Source: an uncultured Actinomycetota bacterium
Lineage (GTDB): Bacteria > Actinomycetota > Actinomycetes > Streptosporangiales > Streptosporangiaceae
NCBI GenBank assembly: GCA_963696215.1
Contig: CAVOJF010000001.1
Location: 262,876 to 326,875, forward strand
Length of the DNA: 64,000 nucleotides
Reading direction: 5' to 3'
The notes under the pieces are model-generated. The model searched no databases. It was given only the letters and a program-made list of their open reading frames with translations, and was not told the DNA's origin. Below, piece after piece: positions 55,555 to 64,000 of the stretch; the stretch's first letter is position 1, and each line of letters begins with the position of its first letter. The position numbers and the translations under genes were made by a program.

Positions 55555-56444
55555 CGTTGAGCCTCCAGAGCCCGATCGCGGCGAGGCGCGACGTTGGCGT
55601 TGCTCATGTACGCGAGGACCAGGTCCTCCATGCTGATCTCCGCAACGGTCCAGCCCGCGTCGCTGACCGGCTGGGCGCTGCGGATCAGAAGCGTGCTCTG
55701 CCGGTCGGTATGGCTGGCGGAGATTACCTCCCAGCCCGCCGGGAGTTCCGCGGTATCGCACCGTGGCCCGGTGAGCAGCCGGTGCGTGGCAAGCAGGTCG
55801 TCCAAATCACCCGAGATCTGAACACGAGAGTCGTGCAACACGACCAGGTAGTCGCAGACCCGCTCGAGGTCGGCGACCAGATGAGAGGAAATCAGGACGC
55901 TGAGCTCGTGCTCGGCCGTGGCTTGCATCAGGCCTTGCAGGAACTCACGCCTGGCGAGCGGGTCAAGGCTGGCGACCGGCTCATCGAGGATCAGGAACTC
56001 AGGTCGCTTGGCAATTGCCATGGTCAGCGCGAGCTGAGCGCGCTGTCCGCCGGACAGTTTCCCCGCCTTCTGGCGCGGGTCGAGACGGAGATCGGTAATT
56101 CGTCCACGGGCCAGCTGGTCGTCCCAGCCGGGGTTCATGCGCGCCCCGAGCTTCAGGTGATCGGCGATGGTGAGCCCGCCGTACGCGGGGGTTTCCTGGG
56201 CGACGAAGCCCATCCTCGCCAGCTGCGAAGGGCTGTTGGCAGGGCGCTCGCCCAGTACCTCGATGGTGCCGGAAGTCGGCGCGAGCAGGCCGACGGCAAG
56301 GTGGATCAGCGTTGTCTTTCCTGCACCGTTCGGTCCGACCAGGCCGGCTATCCGGCCAGCGGGAATGCTCAGATCGCAATCGGTAAGCGCCTTGCGCCTT
56401 CCGTACCGCTTGCTGAGCGCCCGCGATTCAAGAGCGACGGTCAT
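55551..56444 (-). CDS. ABC transporter ATP-binding protein
   Basis: Walker A GPNGAGKTT, signature LSGGQRAQL and Walker B LILDEPVASLD are present. ATG 56444 overlaps the gntR stop (ATGA). Confidence 0.9.
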   Translation of the reverse strand: MTVALESRALSKRYGRRKALTDCDLSIPAGRIAGLVGPNGAGKTTLIHLAVGLLAPTSGTIEVLGERPANSPSQLARMGFVAQETPAYGGLTIADHLKLGARMNPGWDDQLARGRITDLRLDPRQKAGKLSGGQRAQLALTMAIAKRPEFLILDEPVASLDPLARREFLQGLMQATAEHELSVLISSHLVADLERVCDYLVVLHDSRVQISGDLDDLLATHRLLTGPRCDTAELPAGWEVISASHTDRQSTLLIRSAQPVSDAGWTVAEISMEDLVLAYMSNANVAPRRDRALEAQR

Positions 56445-56848
56445 ACCGCCTCCTTCGTTGTTGCGCGGAGGGTCGTGATGATGAGGGCCTCGACGCTTTC
56501 GTCGTCGAGCCCGGCCATGCGAGCCTTTGCTAGCCACTGCTCGAGCTCCGTGCGCAGGCCGGCGTGCGCCGGGAGCGAATCGTCCGCCAGCGACTTGGTC
56601 ACGAACGTGCCGACGCCCGGCCGGGCCGCGACCAGGCCTTGGTACTCAAGCTCCCGGTACGCCTTGAGAACGGTGTTTGGGTTGATGGCCAGGCTGCCCA
56701 CCACGTCCTTGACCGTCGGGAGCTGATCCCCTTCGGCGAGCATGCCGAGCCTGAGTGCCTGCCTGACCTGGTGGATCAACTGCAGGTACGGCGAGACACC
56801 CGAACGGCTGTCCAAGTGGAACTCGATCACCGCGCTCCGTTCATTCAA
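56441..56848 (-). CDS. GntR family transcriptional regulator, YtrA subfamily
   Basis: 135 aa. PYLQLIHQVRQALRLGMLAEGDQLPTVKDVVGSLAINPNTVLKAYRELEYQGLVAARPGVGTFV, plus a short C-terminal helical region, fits YtrA-type regulators that head ABC operons. TTG start. Confidence 0.85.
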   Translation of the reverse strand: MNERSAVIEFHLDSRSGVSPYLQLIHQVRQALRLGMLAEGDQLPTVKDVVGSLAINPNTVLKAYRELEYQGLVAARPGVGTFVTKSLADDSLPAHAGLRTELEQWLAKARMAGLDDESVEALIITTLRATTKEAV

Positions 56849-56865
56849 CTAGGTACCTAGTACTA
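56849..56865. promoter_or_regulatory. Overlapping palindromes CTAGGTACCTAG and TAGTACTA, candidate operator
   Basis: A 12-bp perfect palindrome at 56849-56860 directly abuts the gntR TTG start codon (56848). An 8-bp palindrome lies at 56858-56865. The local sequence is low in GC. Confidence 0.45.
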
Positions 56866-57011
56866 TAGGACGCTGCAAGAACCTGTCAAGTGTTCCCGCA
56901 GCGACAGTTTTCGGCCGTCCCATCTGGTTGACCGCGCCCGCGACCGGCGTTACATTCGCGGCAATTGTCGTTCCAGTGGCTGCTCAGCAGATAAGACACG
57001 AAGGAACAAAA

Positions 57012-58472
57012 ATGACGGCAATGGCGAGAACGCCGCGGACGCTAAGGCGGATATTCACGGCGGTCGTTTCCAGGAAGCTCGTCTCACTTCTTATCCCGGT
57101 CCTGGCCCTCATCACCGCCTTGGGCCTGGCCGCCCCCGCAGCGGGCCAGGCGGCCGTCAGCGTGCTGCGCCTTGGCTACTGCGGCGGTGATGACTGGGAG
57201 CCGGCGATGGCGTCGGACAGTTCCCATGTCTACGTGCTGATCACGCACTTCGCGGGCGACCAGACCTGCGACCCCGCGTCCGCTCAGAACAACTCGCGGA
57301 TCATGATCCAGATCTCGGCCGACGGCGGGAAGACGTTCAGCGCTCCATCGGTCGTCGCGGCCACGCCTGGCGGCATCAACTACACCGAACAAGCCGACCC
57401 GAGCATCGCCATCGACGCGAGCACCGGCGCCGTTTACGTGTCCTTCCTCGCCTACGGCCTGTCAGGCGGCCACACGGACATCTACGTCGCCAAATCCACG
57501 AACTTCGGCCAGTCCTTCAGTCAGGCTGTCCAGGCCAACGGTAAGGGCTGCAAGAACTGCGACCACGAGAAGATCCTTGCCAGCAGCAACGTCGTCTACG
57601 ACGCCTACACCCAGGGATCGAGCCATTTCGTGTCGGTCTCGTCGGACGGCGGCCAGACCTTCGTCCAGCATCTTGTCGACGCCACTGACAGGGTCGGCTT
57701 TGCAGAAGGAGGCGTGTTCGACTCGCACGGCAACGCCTGGTTCGCCTGGGGCGACTGCCAGACCAGCAATTGCACGGGCGCGCCCGCGGCGGATTACCGC
57801 GTCTCGGAGACGGCGCCAGGCGGGGCCACGACGACCTTCAGCCCGGCGATCGCGCAGGCGCCGCAGGGTCCCAACTGCCCGTTCAGCAACTGCGGCTTCT
57901 CCTACTTCGGGCCGCAAGACGCGATCGCGATCGACTCGGCGGGCACCATGTACCTGGCCTGGCAGGACGGGCAAGCGCACGGCACGCGGCAGAGCCCGAC
58001 GATCATCAACTTGTCGCGCTGCTCGTCGAATTGCACGACCGCCGCTGGCTGGTCGTTGGTCGGCCGGGTGGACGACAAGACCGCCGCCAACTGCCCAGGC
58101 TCCGCTTGCTACGCGCTGTTCCCGAACATCGTCGCGGCCGGGCCCGGCCAGCTGTTCGCCACCTGGATGGACGACAGGAACGACTCGCTTGACGGGACGG
58201 TGGACCACGTCGACGGATACAACCTGTGGTACCGCGCCTCGGCCAACGGCGGGACCACATGGACGACGCCCGGTCAGCAGATCTCCAAGTTCGATCCGGC
58301 TCAGTCGCAGTCGACGCCGAACGGTTTCCTGTTCCCCTACGGCGACTACACGGGCTTGATCATGAACACGACATGCGCGACGCCTGCCCCGGCCATGACC
58401 TGGGGCGAGGGCCACAACTGGCACGGCGGGGCCACCGCACCAGGACACATCGAGTTCGCCTCACTCTGCTGA
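57012..58472 (+). CDS. Secreted BNR/Asp-box repeat (sialidase-like beta-propeller) protein, Cys-rich
   Basis: GAAGGA lies before ATG 57012, followed by a signal peptide ending AAGQAA. Asp-box-like motifs are SADGGKTF, SSDGGQTF and SANGGTTW. Several closely spaced Cys pairs are present. Confidence 0.7.
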   Translation: MTAMARTPRTLRRIFTAVVSRKLVSLLIPVLALITALGLAAPAAGQAAVSVLRLGYCGGDDWEPAMASDSSHVYVLITHFAGDQTCDPASAQNNSRIMIQISADGGKTFSAPSVVAATPGGINYTEQADPSIAIDASTGAVYVSFLAYGLSGGHTDIYVAKSTNFGQSFSQAVQANGKGCKNCDHEKILASSNVVYDAYTQGSSHFVSVSSDGGQTFVQHLVDATDRVGFAEGGVFDSHGNAWFAWGDCQTSNCTGAPAADYRVSETAPGGATTTFSPAIAQAPQGPNCPFSNCGFSYFGPQDAIAIDSAGTMYLAWQDGQAHGTRQSPTIINLSRCSSNCTTAAGWSLVGRVDDKTAANCPGSACYALFPNIVAAGPGQLFATWMDDRNDSLDGTVDHVDGYNLWYRASANGGTTWTTPGQQISKFDPAQSQSTPNGFLFPYGDYTGLIMNTTCATPAPAMTWGEGHNWHGGATAPGHIEFASLC

Positions 58473-58515
58473 GCCACCCCTGACTGATCGGGCGCGAATT
58501 GGGTAGCGCCCCCGG

Positions 58516-59556
58516 ATGGCTGAAGATCCCAAGGACGGGCAAGCCGGATCCGGCGGCGGCGAAACCAAGCGCACCGTGCTGGTCGCGGGAGCCGCCAACG
58601 TGTTCGTCGCGGTGATCAAGGCGGTCGCTGGTGTGCTGACCGGTTCGAGCGCGATGCTGGCGGAGTCGGCGCACTCCGTGGCGGACACGCTGAACCAGGT
58701 TTTCCTGCTGACCTCGATCAAGAAGGCCAGCAAGCCTGCCGACGCGGAGCACCCGTTCGGCTATGGCCAGGAGCGGTACTTCTGGTCGCTGCTGGCCGCG
58801 TTCGGGATCTTCGTGCTCGGCGCCGGGTTCTCGATCTTCGAGGGGATCCTCGCGCTTGGCCGGTCCAGCGATGCAGGCAGCCCGCTAATCGCCTACATCG
58901 TCCTGCTGGTCGCGGGCGCGGCGGAGACGACCTCGTTCCTCAAGGCCTACCGCCAGATGCACGCTGAGGCGAAGCGGGATCACACCGACCTGATCGAGCA
59001 CGTCAAGACGTCGGCGGACACGACGGTCAAGGCCGCCTTGTTCGAAGACTCCGCGGCCGTCATCGGCCTCTTGCTCGCCGCGATCGGCATCGCGCTCCGC
59101 CAGCTCACCGGCTCCGGTGTCTACGACGGCGCCGCGTCGATCGCGATCGGCGTCCTGCTCATCATCGTCGCCGTGCGCCTCGGGCTGGATAACAGGGACC
59201 TGCTGATCGGGCGCGCCGCCGACAAGCGCGATCTCGCCGCCATCCGCCGCGTGATCGAGACCAGCGACGGCGTCGACGACCTGATCGAGCTGCTCACCAT
59301 GCACCTCGGGCCCGACAACCTCATCGTGGCGGCGAGGGTCGCGCTGGCCGACGGCCTGTCCGCCAACAATGCCGAAGACCTCGCCGACAGGATCGATCAC
59401 CGGCTGCGCGAGCAGGTGCCCGAGGTCTCGCACGTCTTTATCGACCCCACGCCCAGGGAGGCCGAGCGACACGAACGCGCGGCCGAGCGGCAACGTGCGA
59501 CCGCACGGGATCGCGCCAACGACGGTCAGGAGACGCCTAGCTCCCAAGCAAGCTAG
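58516..59556 (+). CDS. Cation diffusion facilitator (CDF) family transporter
   Basis: Six TM segments, HSVADTLNQ in TM2, and a C-terminal cytoplasmic domain (ELLTMHLGPDNLIVAARVAL) are present. Confidence 0.85.
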   Translation: MAEDPKDGQAGSGGGETKRTVLVAGAANVFVAVIKAVAGVLTGSSAMLAESAHSVADTLNQVFLLTSIKKASKPADAEHPFGYGQERYFWSLLAAFGIFVLGAGFSIFEGILALGRSSDAGSPLIAYIVLLVAGAAETTSFLKAYRQMHAEAKRDHTDLIEHVKTSADTTVKAALFEDSAAVIGLLLAAIGIALRQLTGSGVYDGAASIAIGVLLIIVAVRLGLDNRDLLIGRAADKRDLAAIRRVIETSDGVDDLIELLTMHLGPDNLIVAARVALADGLSANNAEDLADRIDHRLREQVPEVSHVFIDPTPREAERHERAAERQRATARDRANDGQETPSSQAS

Positions 59557-59577
59557 GAGTGCGGGGATCATGAAGAC

Positions 59578-60942
59578 GTGAGAACCGAATTGTTCGGCGC
59601 CCTGTTCGGTCGCGGCGATGTCGACGCCGGCGACACGGCGTGGCTGCAGGCGATGCTTGACACGGAGGCCGCGCTCGCGCGCGCGGTCGAACGGGCCGGG
59701 CTCTCACCGGCAGGATCCGGAGAAGCTGTCACAGCCATGGCAAAAGCCGAGTTCTTCGATAACAGGACGCTCGGCGAGCATGCGGCTGCCACCGGCAATC
59801 CCGTCCCCGCGCTGGTGCGGGAGCTGACGATGCGGCTACCCGAAAACGCGGCCGTAGCAGTCCATCGCGGCGCAACCAGCCAGGACATCATCGACACGGC
59901 GGCCATGCTGCTCGCCAAGCGGGCCATAGCGGTCGTCCTCGCCGACCTATCGGTTTCGGCGGCGAGCTGTGCCGCCCACGCGACGAACCACATCAGGACC
60001 GTCATGTCCGGCCGCACCCTGCTCCAGCAGGCCGTTCCCGTGACCTTCGGCCTCGTGGCGGCAGGCTGGCTGACGGCCATCGACGAGGCGCGTCAGGACC
60101 TGCACAGGATCAGCCGCACCCGTCTCGCCGTGCAGTTCGGCGGCGCCGCCGGCACGCTCGCTTCCCTCGGCGACTCCGGCCCGCGGGTCGCGGAGATCCT
60201 CGGCAGCGAGCTTGGCCTCGCCGTCCCGGCCGTCCCCTGGCACACGAACCGCCACCGGGTGATCGAACTCGCCGCGGCCCTGGCCGGCACCTGCGCCGCG
60301 CTCGGCAAGATCGCCCGCGACATCACCCTCCTCGCCCAGACCGAGGTCGCCGAACTGCGCGAGGACGGTGGCGCAGGCCGCGGCGGCTCCTCGGCCATGC
60401 CGCACAAGCGGAACCCGGTCGCCGCGATCACCATCCTCGGCTGCACCAAGCAGGCTCCGGGCCTGCTCGCAACGCTGGCCGCCGCGGCCGAGCAAGAACT
60501 CCAGCGCGCCGCCGGAGCCTGGCACAGCGAGTGGCAGCCCCTCTCCCACCTCCTCACCCTCACCGGCTCGGCGTCCTCCTGGTCCGCCGAGATGCTCGGC
60601 GGCCTGGAGATCGACCAGGCTCGCATGCGCGCGAACTTGGTTGCCACAGGCGGCCTGCCCCTCGCCGAGAACGTCACAACCCTCCTGGCTCCAGCCCTAG
60701 GCAAGCTCAAGGCGCACGACCTGGTAGCAGAAGCCACTGCCAGAGCTACCACCAGCAACATCAGCCTCGCCGACGCACTACTCACCAACGAAACGTCCGC
60801 GGCGGCCCTGGCCGCCGCGGACATCACCGCAACGGTGCTGCACTCCGCCTTGGAGCCGGAGTCGTACCTAGGCGCCACCGCCGAGTTCATCGAGCGCGCG
60901 CTCACCGCGCACGCGGCGGCTGACGCGGCTTTTCGTGGTTAG
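59578..60942 (+). CDS. pcaB: 3-carboxy-cis,cis-muconate cycloisomerase (fumarate-lyase superfamily)
   Basis: The lyase signature GSSAMPHKRNP is present. The assignment also rests on gene context with pcaC, pcaIJ and pcaHG. GTG start at 59578. Confidence 0.8.
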   Translation: MRTELFGALFGRGDVDAGDTAWLQAMLDTEAALARAVERAGLSPAGSGEAVTAMAKAEFFDNRTLGEHAAATGNPVPALVRELTMRLPENAAVAVHRGATSQDIIDTAAMLLAKRAIAVVLADLSVSAASCAAHATNHIRTVMSGRTLLQQAVPVTFGLVAAGWLTAIDEARQDLHRISRTRLAVQFGGAAGTLASLGDSGPRVAEILGSELGLAVPAVPWHTNRHRVIELAAALAGTCAALGKIARDITLLAQTEVAELREDGGAGRGGSSAMPHKRNPVAAITILGCTKQAPGLLATLAAAAEQELQRAAGAWHSEWQPLSHLLTLTGSASSWSAEMLGGLEIDQARMRANLVATGGLPLAENVTTLLAPALGKLKAHDLVAEATARATTSNISLADALLTNETSAAALAAADITATVLHSALEPESYLGATAEFIERALTAHAAADAAFRG

Positions 60943-60978
60943 CCCGCCCGATCCCCACAGATTGGTTCTTTAGACACC

Positions 60979-61356
60979 ATGGACGACACAACAAGAACCC
61001 AGCAAGGCATGGCGATCCGCCGCGAGGTCCTAGGCAACGATCACGTGGACCGGGCAGTCGCACTAACGACCGCCTTCACCGCCCCGTTCCAGGAGTTCAT
61101 CACCCGCTACGCATGGGGTGATATCTGGTCCCGGCCCGGCCTGTCCCGCGCCGACCGCAGCATGATCACGCTGACCGCCCTCGCGGTTCTCCGCCAGGAG
61201 GAGGAACTTGCGTTGCACGTCCGCGCCGCGCTTGCCAACGGCCTGTCGCCGAGCCAGATCCAGGAGGTGTTGCTACAGGTAGCCGTCTACGCGGGCGTTC
61301 CGGCGGCTAACCGCGCGTTCGCCATCGCCGCAGAAGTGCTGGAGAATGCTACGTAG
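60979..61356 (+). CDS. pcaC: 4-carboxymuconolactone decarboxylase
   Basis: 125 aa. FQEFITRYAWGDIWSRPGLSRADRSMITLTALAVLRQEEELALHVRAALANGLSPSQIQEVLLQVAVYAGVPAANRAF is the classic CMD-domain pattern. Confidence 0.85.
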   Translation: MDDTTRTQQGMAIRREVLGNDHVDRAVALTTAFTAPFQEFITRYAWGDIWSRPGLSRADRSMITLTALAVLRQEEELALHVRAALANGLSPSQIQEVLLQVAVYAGVPAANRAFAIAAEVLENAT

Positions 61357-61433
61357 TCCGCACAGTTGTTCACTTAGCGACCTATCGATATCGTTCCGGT
61401 ACAGGTGGTCGCGGCTAGGAGGACTGGTACGGG

Positions 61434-62255
61434 GTGGCTGAGATCATGTCGCTCGCCGAGGCGATCGCCGCTGCCGTTCACGACGGCGACACGGTGGCGA
61501 TGGAGGGATTCACCCACCTGATCCCGCACGCGGCCGGGCACGAGGTCATCAGGCAGCGCCGCAAGGACCTCACCCTGATCAGGATGACGCCGGACATCAT
61601 CTACGACCAGCTCATCGGGGCTGGCTGCGCGCGGAAGGTCATCTTCTCCTGGGCGGGCAACCCAGGCGTCGGATCGCTGCACAGGTTCAGGGACGCGGTC
61701 GAGCACGGCTGGCCAGTCCCGATCGAGATCGAGGAGCACAGCCACGCCGGCATGGCCAACCGGTACGTCGCAGGCGCGTCTGGCCTGCCGTTCGCCATCC
61801 TGCGCGGGTATCGAGGTACCAGCCTGCCCGGCCACACCGCCGGCGTCGCGGAGGTCACCTGCCCGTTCACCGGCGAGCTCCTGACGGCGGTCTCGGCGCT
61901 GCGACCAGACGTAGCCGTCATCCACGCCCAGCGCGCCGACCGAAGGGGCAACGTCCAGTACTGGGGGATCACGGGCGTCCAGAAGGAGTGCGTGCTCGCC
62001 GCCCAGAGATCGGTGATCACCGTCGAGGAGATCGTCGACGAACTGCATCCGAGGCCGGGCGCCGTCGTGCTGCCGTCCTGGGTCGTCAGCTACGTGGCGG
62101 TCGTGCCCGACGGCGCGCACCCCTCCTATGCGCTCGGCTACTCAGCCAGGGACAACGACTTCTACGTGGCCTGGGACGCGATCAGCAGGGACCGGGCGAC
62201 GTTCGGATCCTGGCTGGACGAGCACGTCTACACGAGGGCGAGCGGGCCGCGATGA
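61434..62255 (+). CDS. pcaI: CoA-transferase subunit A (probable 3-oxoadipate CoA-transferase alpha)
   Basis: The subunit A pattern is present (SLAEAIAAAVHDGDTVAMEGFTHLIPHAAGHEVIRQ...). AGGAGGA lies 10 nt before GTG 61434. The function is inferred from pca context. Confidence 0.7.
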   Translation: MAEIMSLAEAIAAAVHDGDTVAMEGFTHLIPHAAGHEVIRQRRKDLTLIRMTPDIIYDQLIGAGCARKVIFSWAGNPGVGSLHRFRDAVEHGWPVPIEIEEHSHAGMANRYVAGASGLPFAILRGYRGTSLPGHTAGVAEVTCPFTGELLTAVSALRPDVAVIHAQRADRRGNVQYWGITGVQKECVLAAQRSVITVEEIVDELHPRPGAVVLPSWVVSYVAVVPDGAHPSYALGYSARDNDFYVAWDAISRDRATFGSWLDEHVYTRASGPR

Positions 62256-63061
62256 CCGCCTACACGGCCGACGAGATGATGACGGTCACCGCCGCGCGGG
62301 CCCTGCGCGACGGGATGACCTGCTTCGTTGGCATCGGCCTGCCCAGCGAGGCGGCTAATCTCGCCCGGGGCACGCACGCGCCGAACCTGGTGCTGATATA
62401 CGAGTCGGGAACGATCGCAGCCAAGCCAGGCGCGCTGCCGCTGTCGATAGGCGACGGGATCCTCGCCGAGACAGCGGACTCGGTGGTCAGCGTGCCGGAG
62501 ATCTTCAACTACTGGCTCCAGCCGGGCCGGATCGACGTCGGCTTCCTCGGCGCCGCCCAGCTGGACAAGTTCGGCAACATCAATACCACCGTGATCGGCC
62601 CCGACTACGCCAACCCCGGCGTCCGGCTGCCCGGCGCGGGCGGCGCGCCCGAGATCGCGGCCGCCTGCAAGGAGGTCATCGTCGTCATCAGGCAGTCCAG
62701 GCGGACGTTCGTCGAGCGGGTCGACTTCGTCACCTCGGTCGGCCTCGGCGACGGGACTGGCAGCAGGCAGCGGCTCGGCCTCACCGGCGCGGGCCCGAGC
62801 CGGATCATCACCGATGTCGGCGTTCTGCAGCCAGACCCGGACACGAGCGAGTTCGTGCTGACGGGGATCTACCCCGGGAGTTCGGTATCCCAAATCAAGG
62901 ACAGAACTGGCTGGGACCTGCGGACATCTGACGACCTCGCCGAGCTCGCGCCGCCGACAGAGTCCGAGCTGACCGCGCTGCGCCGCCTGCTGGCGACGAT
63001 GCCGGCCAGCAAGGCTGACGCTGCGCTCGCGGCGCCAGGCATGAAGGGAGCCGCCCGATGA
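62252..63061 (+). CDS. pcaJ: CoA-transferase subunit B (probable 3-oxoadipate CoA-transferase beta)
   Basis: MTAYTADEMMTVTAARALRDGMTCFVGIGLPSEAANLA...LIYESGT is the subunit B pattern. The ATG overlaps the upstream TGA (ATGA). Confidence 0.7.
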   Translation: MTAYTADEMMTVTAARALRDGMTCFVGIGLPSEAANLARGTHAPNLVLIYESGTIAAKPGALPLSIGDGILAETADSVVSVPEIFNYWLQPGRIDVGFLGAAQLDKFGNINTTVIGPDYANPGVRLPGAGGAPEIAAACKEVIVVIRQSRRTFVERVDFVTSVGLGDGTGSRQRLGLTGAGPSRIITDVGVLQPDPDTSEFVLTGIYPGSSVSQIKDRTGWDLRTSDDLAELAPPTESELTALRRLLATMPASKADAALAAPGMKGAAR

Positions 63062-63786
63062 CGGCCGAGACCGGATTGATCCTGCCGCGGTACCTGCGGC
63101 CGGACGGCGTGCACCCGCCGCTGGACTCTCCCGGGTACCGCTCGTCCCAGCTCCGCGCGCCAGCGCACCCGCTCATGCCGATGCCGCAGTGGCTGACCGA
63201 GGTGACCGGGCCGCTGCTCGGCCCTGAGCGGGTCACGCCAGCAGATGCCGATCTGACCACTCGGCACGCGGGGGACCCGCTCGGCGAACGCATCATCGTG
63301 ACGGGCCGGGTGCTGGACTCCGACGGCAGGCCCGTCCCCGGCACGCTGATCGAGATCTGGCAGGCGAACTCAGCAGGCCGTTACGCACACGCGGTCGATG
63401 ACCATCCGGCACCGCTCGATCCCAACTTCGACGGCGGCGGCAGGTGCGTGACCGACTCAGACGGCAGGTACAGGTTCGTCACGATCAAGCCAGGCTCGTA
63501 TCCCTGGCGGAACCACCCGAACGCCTGGCGGCCGGCGCACATCCACTTCTCGCTGTTCGGCCGCGCCTTTACCCAGCGCCTGATCACGCAGATGTACTTC
63601 CCGGGCGATCCGCTCTTCGGCCAGGACCCGATCTTCAACTCGGTGCCCGACCCCAAGGCCCGCGAGCGGATGGTCGCCAGGTTCGAGCTCGGCCTGACCG
63701 TGCCTGACTGGGCGCTCGGCTTCGAGTGGGACATCGTGCTCCGCGGCCGCAGCGCCACCGTCTTCGAGACGGAGGAGCACCGGTGA
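63058..63786 (+). CDS. pcaH: Protocatechuate 3,4-dioxygenase beta subunit
   Basis: IEIWQANSAGRYAH...YRFVTIKPGSYPWRNHPNAWRPAHIHFSLFG is the hallmark PcaH sequence, including the Fe ligands. Confidence 0.9.
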   Translation: MTAETGLILPRYLRPDGVHPPLDSPGYRSSQLRAPAHPLMPMPQWLTEVTGPLLGPERVTPADADLTTRHAGDPLGERIIVTGRVLDSDGRPVPGTLIEIWQANSAGRYAHAVDDHPAPLDPNFDGGGRCVTDSDGRYRFVTIKPGSYPWRNHPNAWRPAHIHFSLFGRAFTQRLITQMYFPGDPLFGQDPIFNSVPDPKARERMVARFELGLTVPDWALGFEWDIVLRGRSATVFETEEHR

Positions 63787-64000
63787 GCCTGCCCATCACC
63801 CCGTCCCAGACGGTGGGTCCATTCCTGGCGCTCGGCCTGCCGTGGCCCGACGGCCCGTACGTCGTCCCCGAGGGCACACCGGGCGCTATCACGATCACCG
63901 GCCTCGTGCTCGACGGGGCTGGTGATCCCGTGCCTGACGCGCTGGTCGAGACCTGGCAGGCCGACAGCGAATCCGGGTTCGACCACCCGGACGACCCGCG
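63783..64000 (+). CDS. pcaG: Protocatechuate 3,4-dioxygenase alpha subunit, N-terminal part (3' end outside the window)
   Basis: GTG 63783 overlaps the pcaH TGA. The translation VSLPITPSQTVGPFLALGLPWPDGPYVV...ITGLVLDGAGDPVPDALVETWQAD is PcaG-like. Confidence 0.8.
   Translation, partial: MSLPITPSQTVGPFLALGLPWPDGPYVVPEGTPGAITITGLVLDGAGDPVPDALVETWQADSESGFDHPDDP

Noticed and set aside
1-64000. CRISPR arrays, tRNA/rRNA genes, insertion sequences, integrases and prophage genes.
   Set aside because: All tandem repeats found are short (14-27 nt units, contiguous, no unique spacers), so they are not CRISPR. No T-loop or anticodon-arm-like tRNA sequence was seen. No transposase, integrase, recombinase or phage structural protein is recognisable in any frame. 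The inverted repeats are single hairpins, not IS termini flanking a gene.

Overview
The window is a high-G+C, gene-dense stretch that reads like chromosomal Actinomycetota DNA. About 58 protein-coding genes can be supported. I found no rRNA or tRNA genes, no CRISPR array, and no transposase, integrase or phage genes.

Gene content in order:
- DsrE-like gene fragment and an HD/HD-GYP-LuxR regulator
- marR-MFS efflux pair
- large Rieske-domain protein
- ArsR / small membrane protein / stand-alone sensor-domain operon
- MMPL transporter
- minus-strand run of LigD polymerase domain, alpha/beta hydrolase and an uncharacterised 502-aa protein
- haloalkane dehalogenase, SAM methyltransferase, serS, EamA transporter
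- two adjacent apolipoprotein N-acyltransferase (lnt) paralogues flanking a VOC gene, then an L,D-transpeptidase and a Lys/Ala/Pro-rich secreted protein
- DedA, serine hydrolase, TrmH methyltransferase, GH63-like glucosidase
- NB-ARC/TPR STAND ATPase
- APC permease, threonine-aldolase-like PLP enzyme, DUF1707, YbjQ
- a peptide-scavenging block (secreted TAP-like hydrolase, oligopeptidase B, five-gene Dpp/Opp-type ABC importer, DmpA-like peptidase)
- HDAC-like amidohydrolase, EamA, CorA
- YtrA-type GntR plus ABC-2 exporter
- Cys-rich BNR protein and a CDF transporter
- the start of a protocatechuate / beta-ketoadipate cluster (pcaB, pcaC, pcaIJ, pcaHG)

The most pervasive oddity is at least nine single-base frame breaks inside otherwise intact conserved genes. 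Where I could place them closely they sit in or next to G/C-rich runs, so I read them as more likely assembly indels than real pseudogenes. This cannot be settled from sequence alone.

I cannot show that any truly novel system is present. The best candidates for follow-up are:
- the kinase-less ArsR / membrane / sensor-domain operon
- the tandem lnt pair
- the effector-less STAND ATPase, which is preceded by a chain of GTGA-coupled upstream ORFs
- the LigD-Pol / hydrolase / unknown-protein operon
- a set of short-period tandem repeats and low-GC islands, mostly at or near gene 5' ends and one inside ptrB

All family assignments come from reading the translations and recognising motifs. No database search was run.
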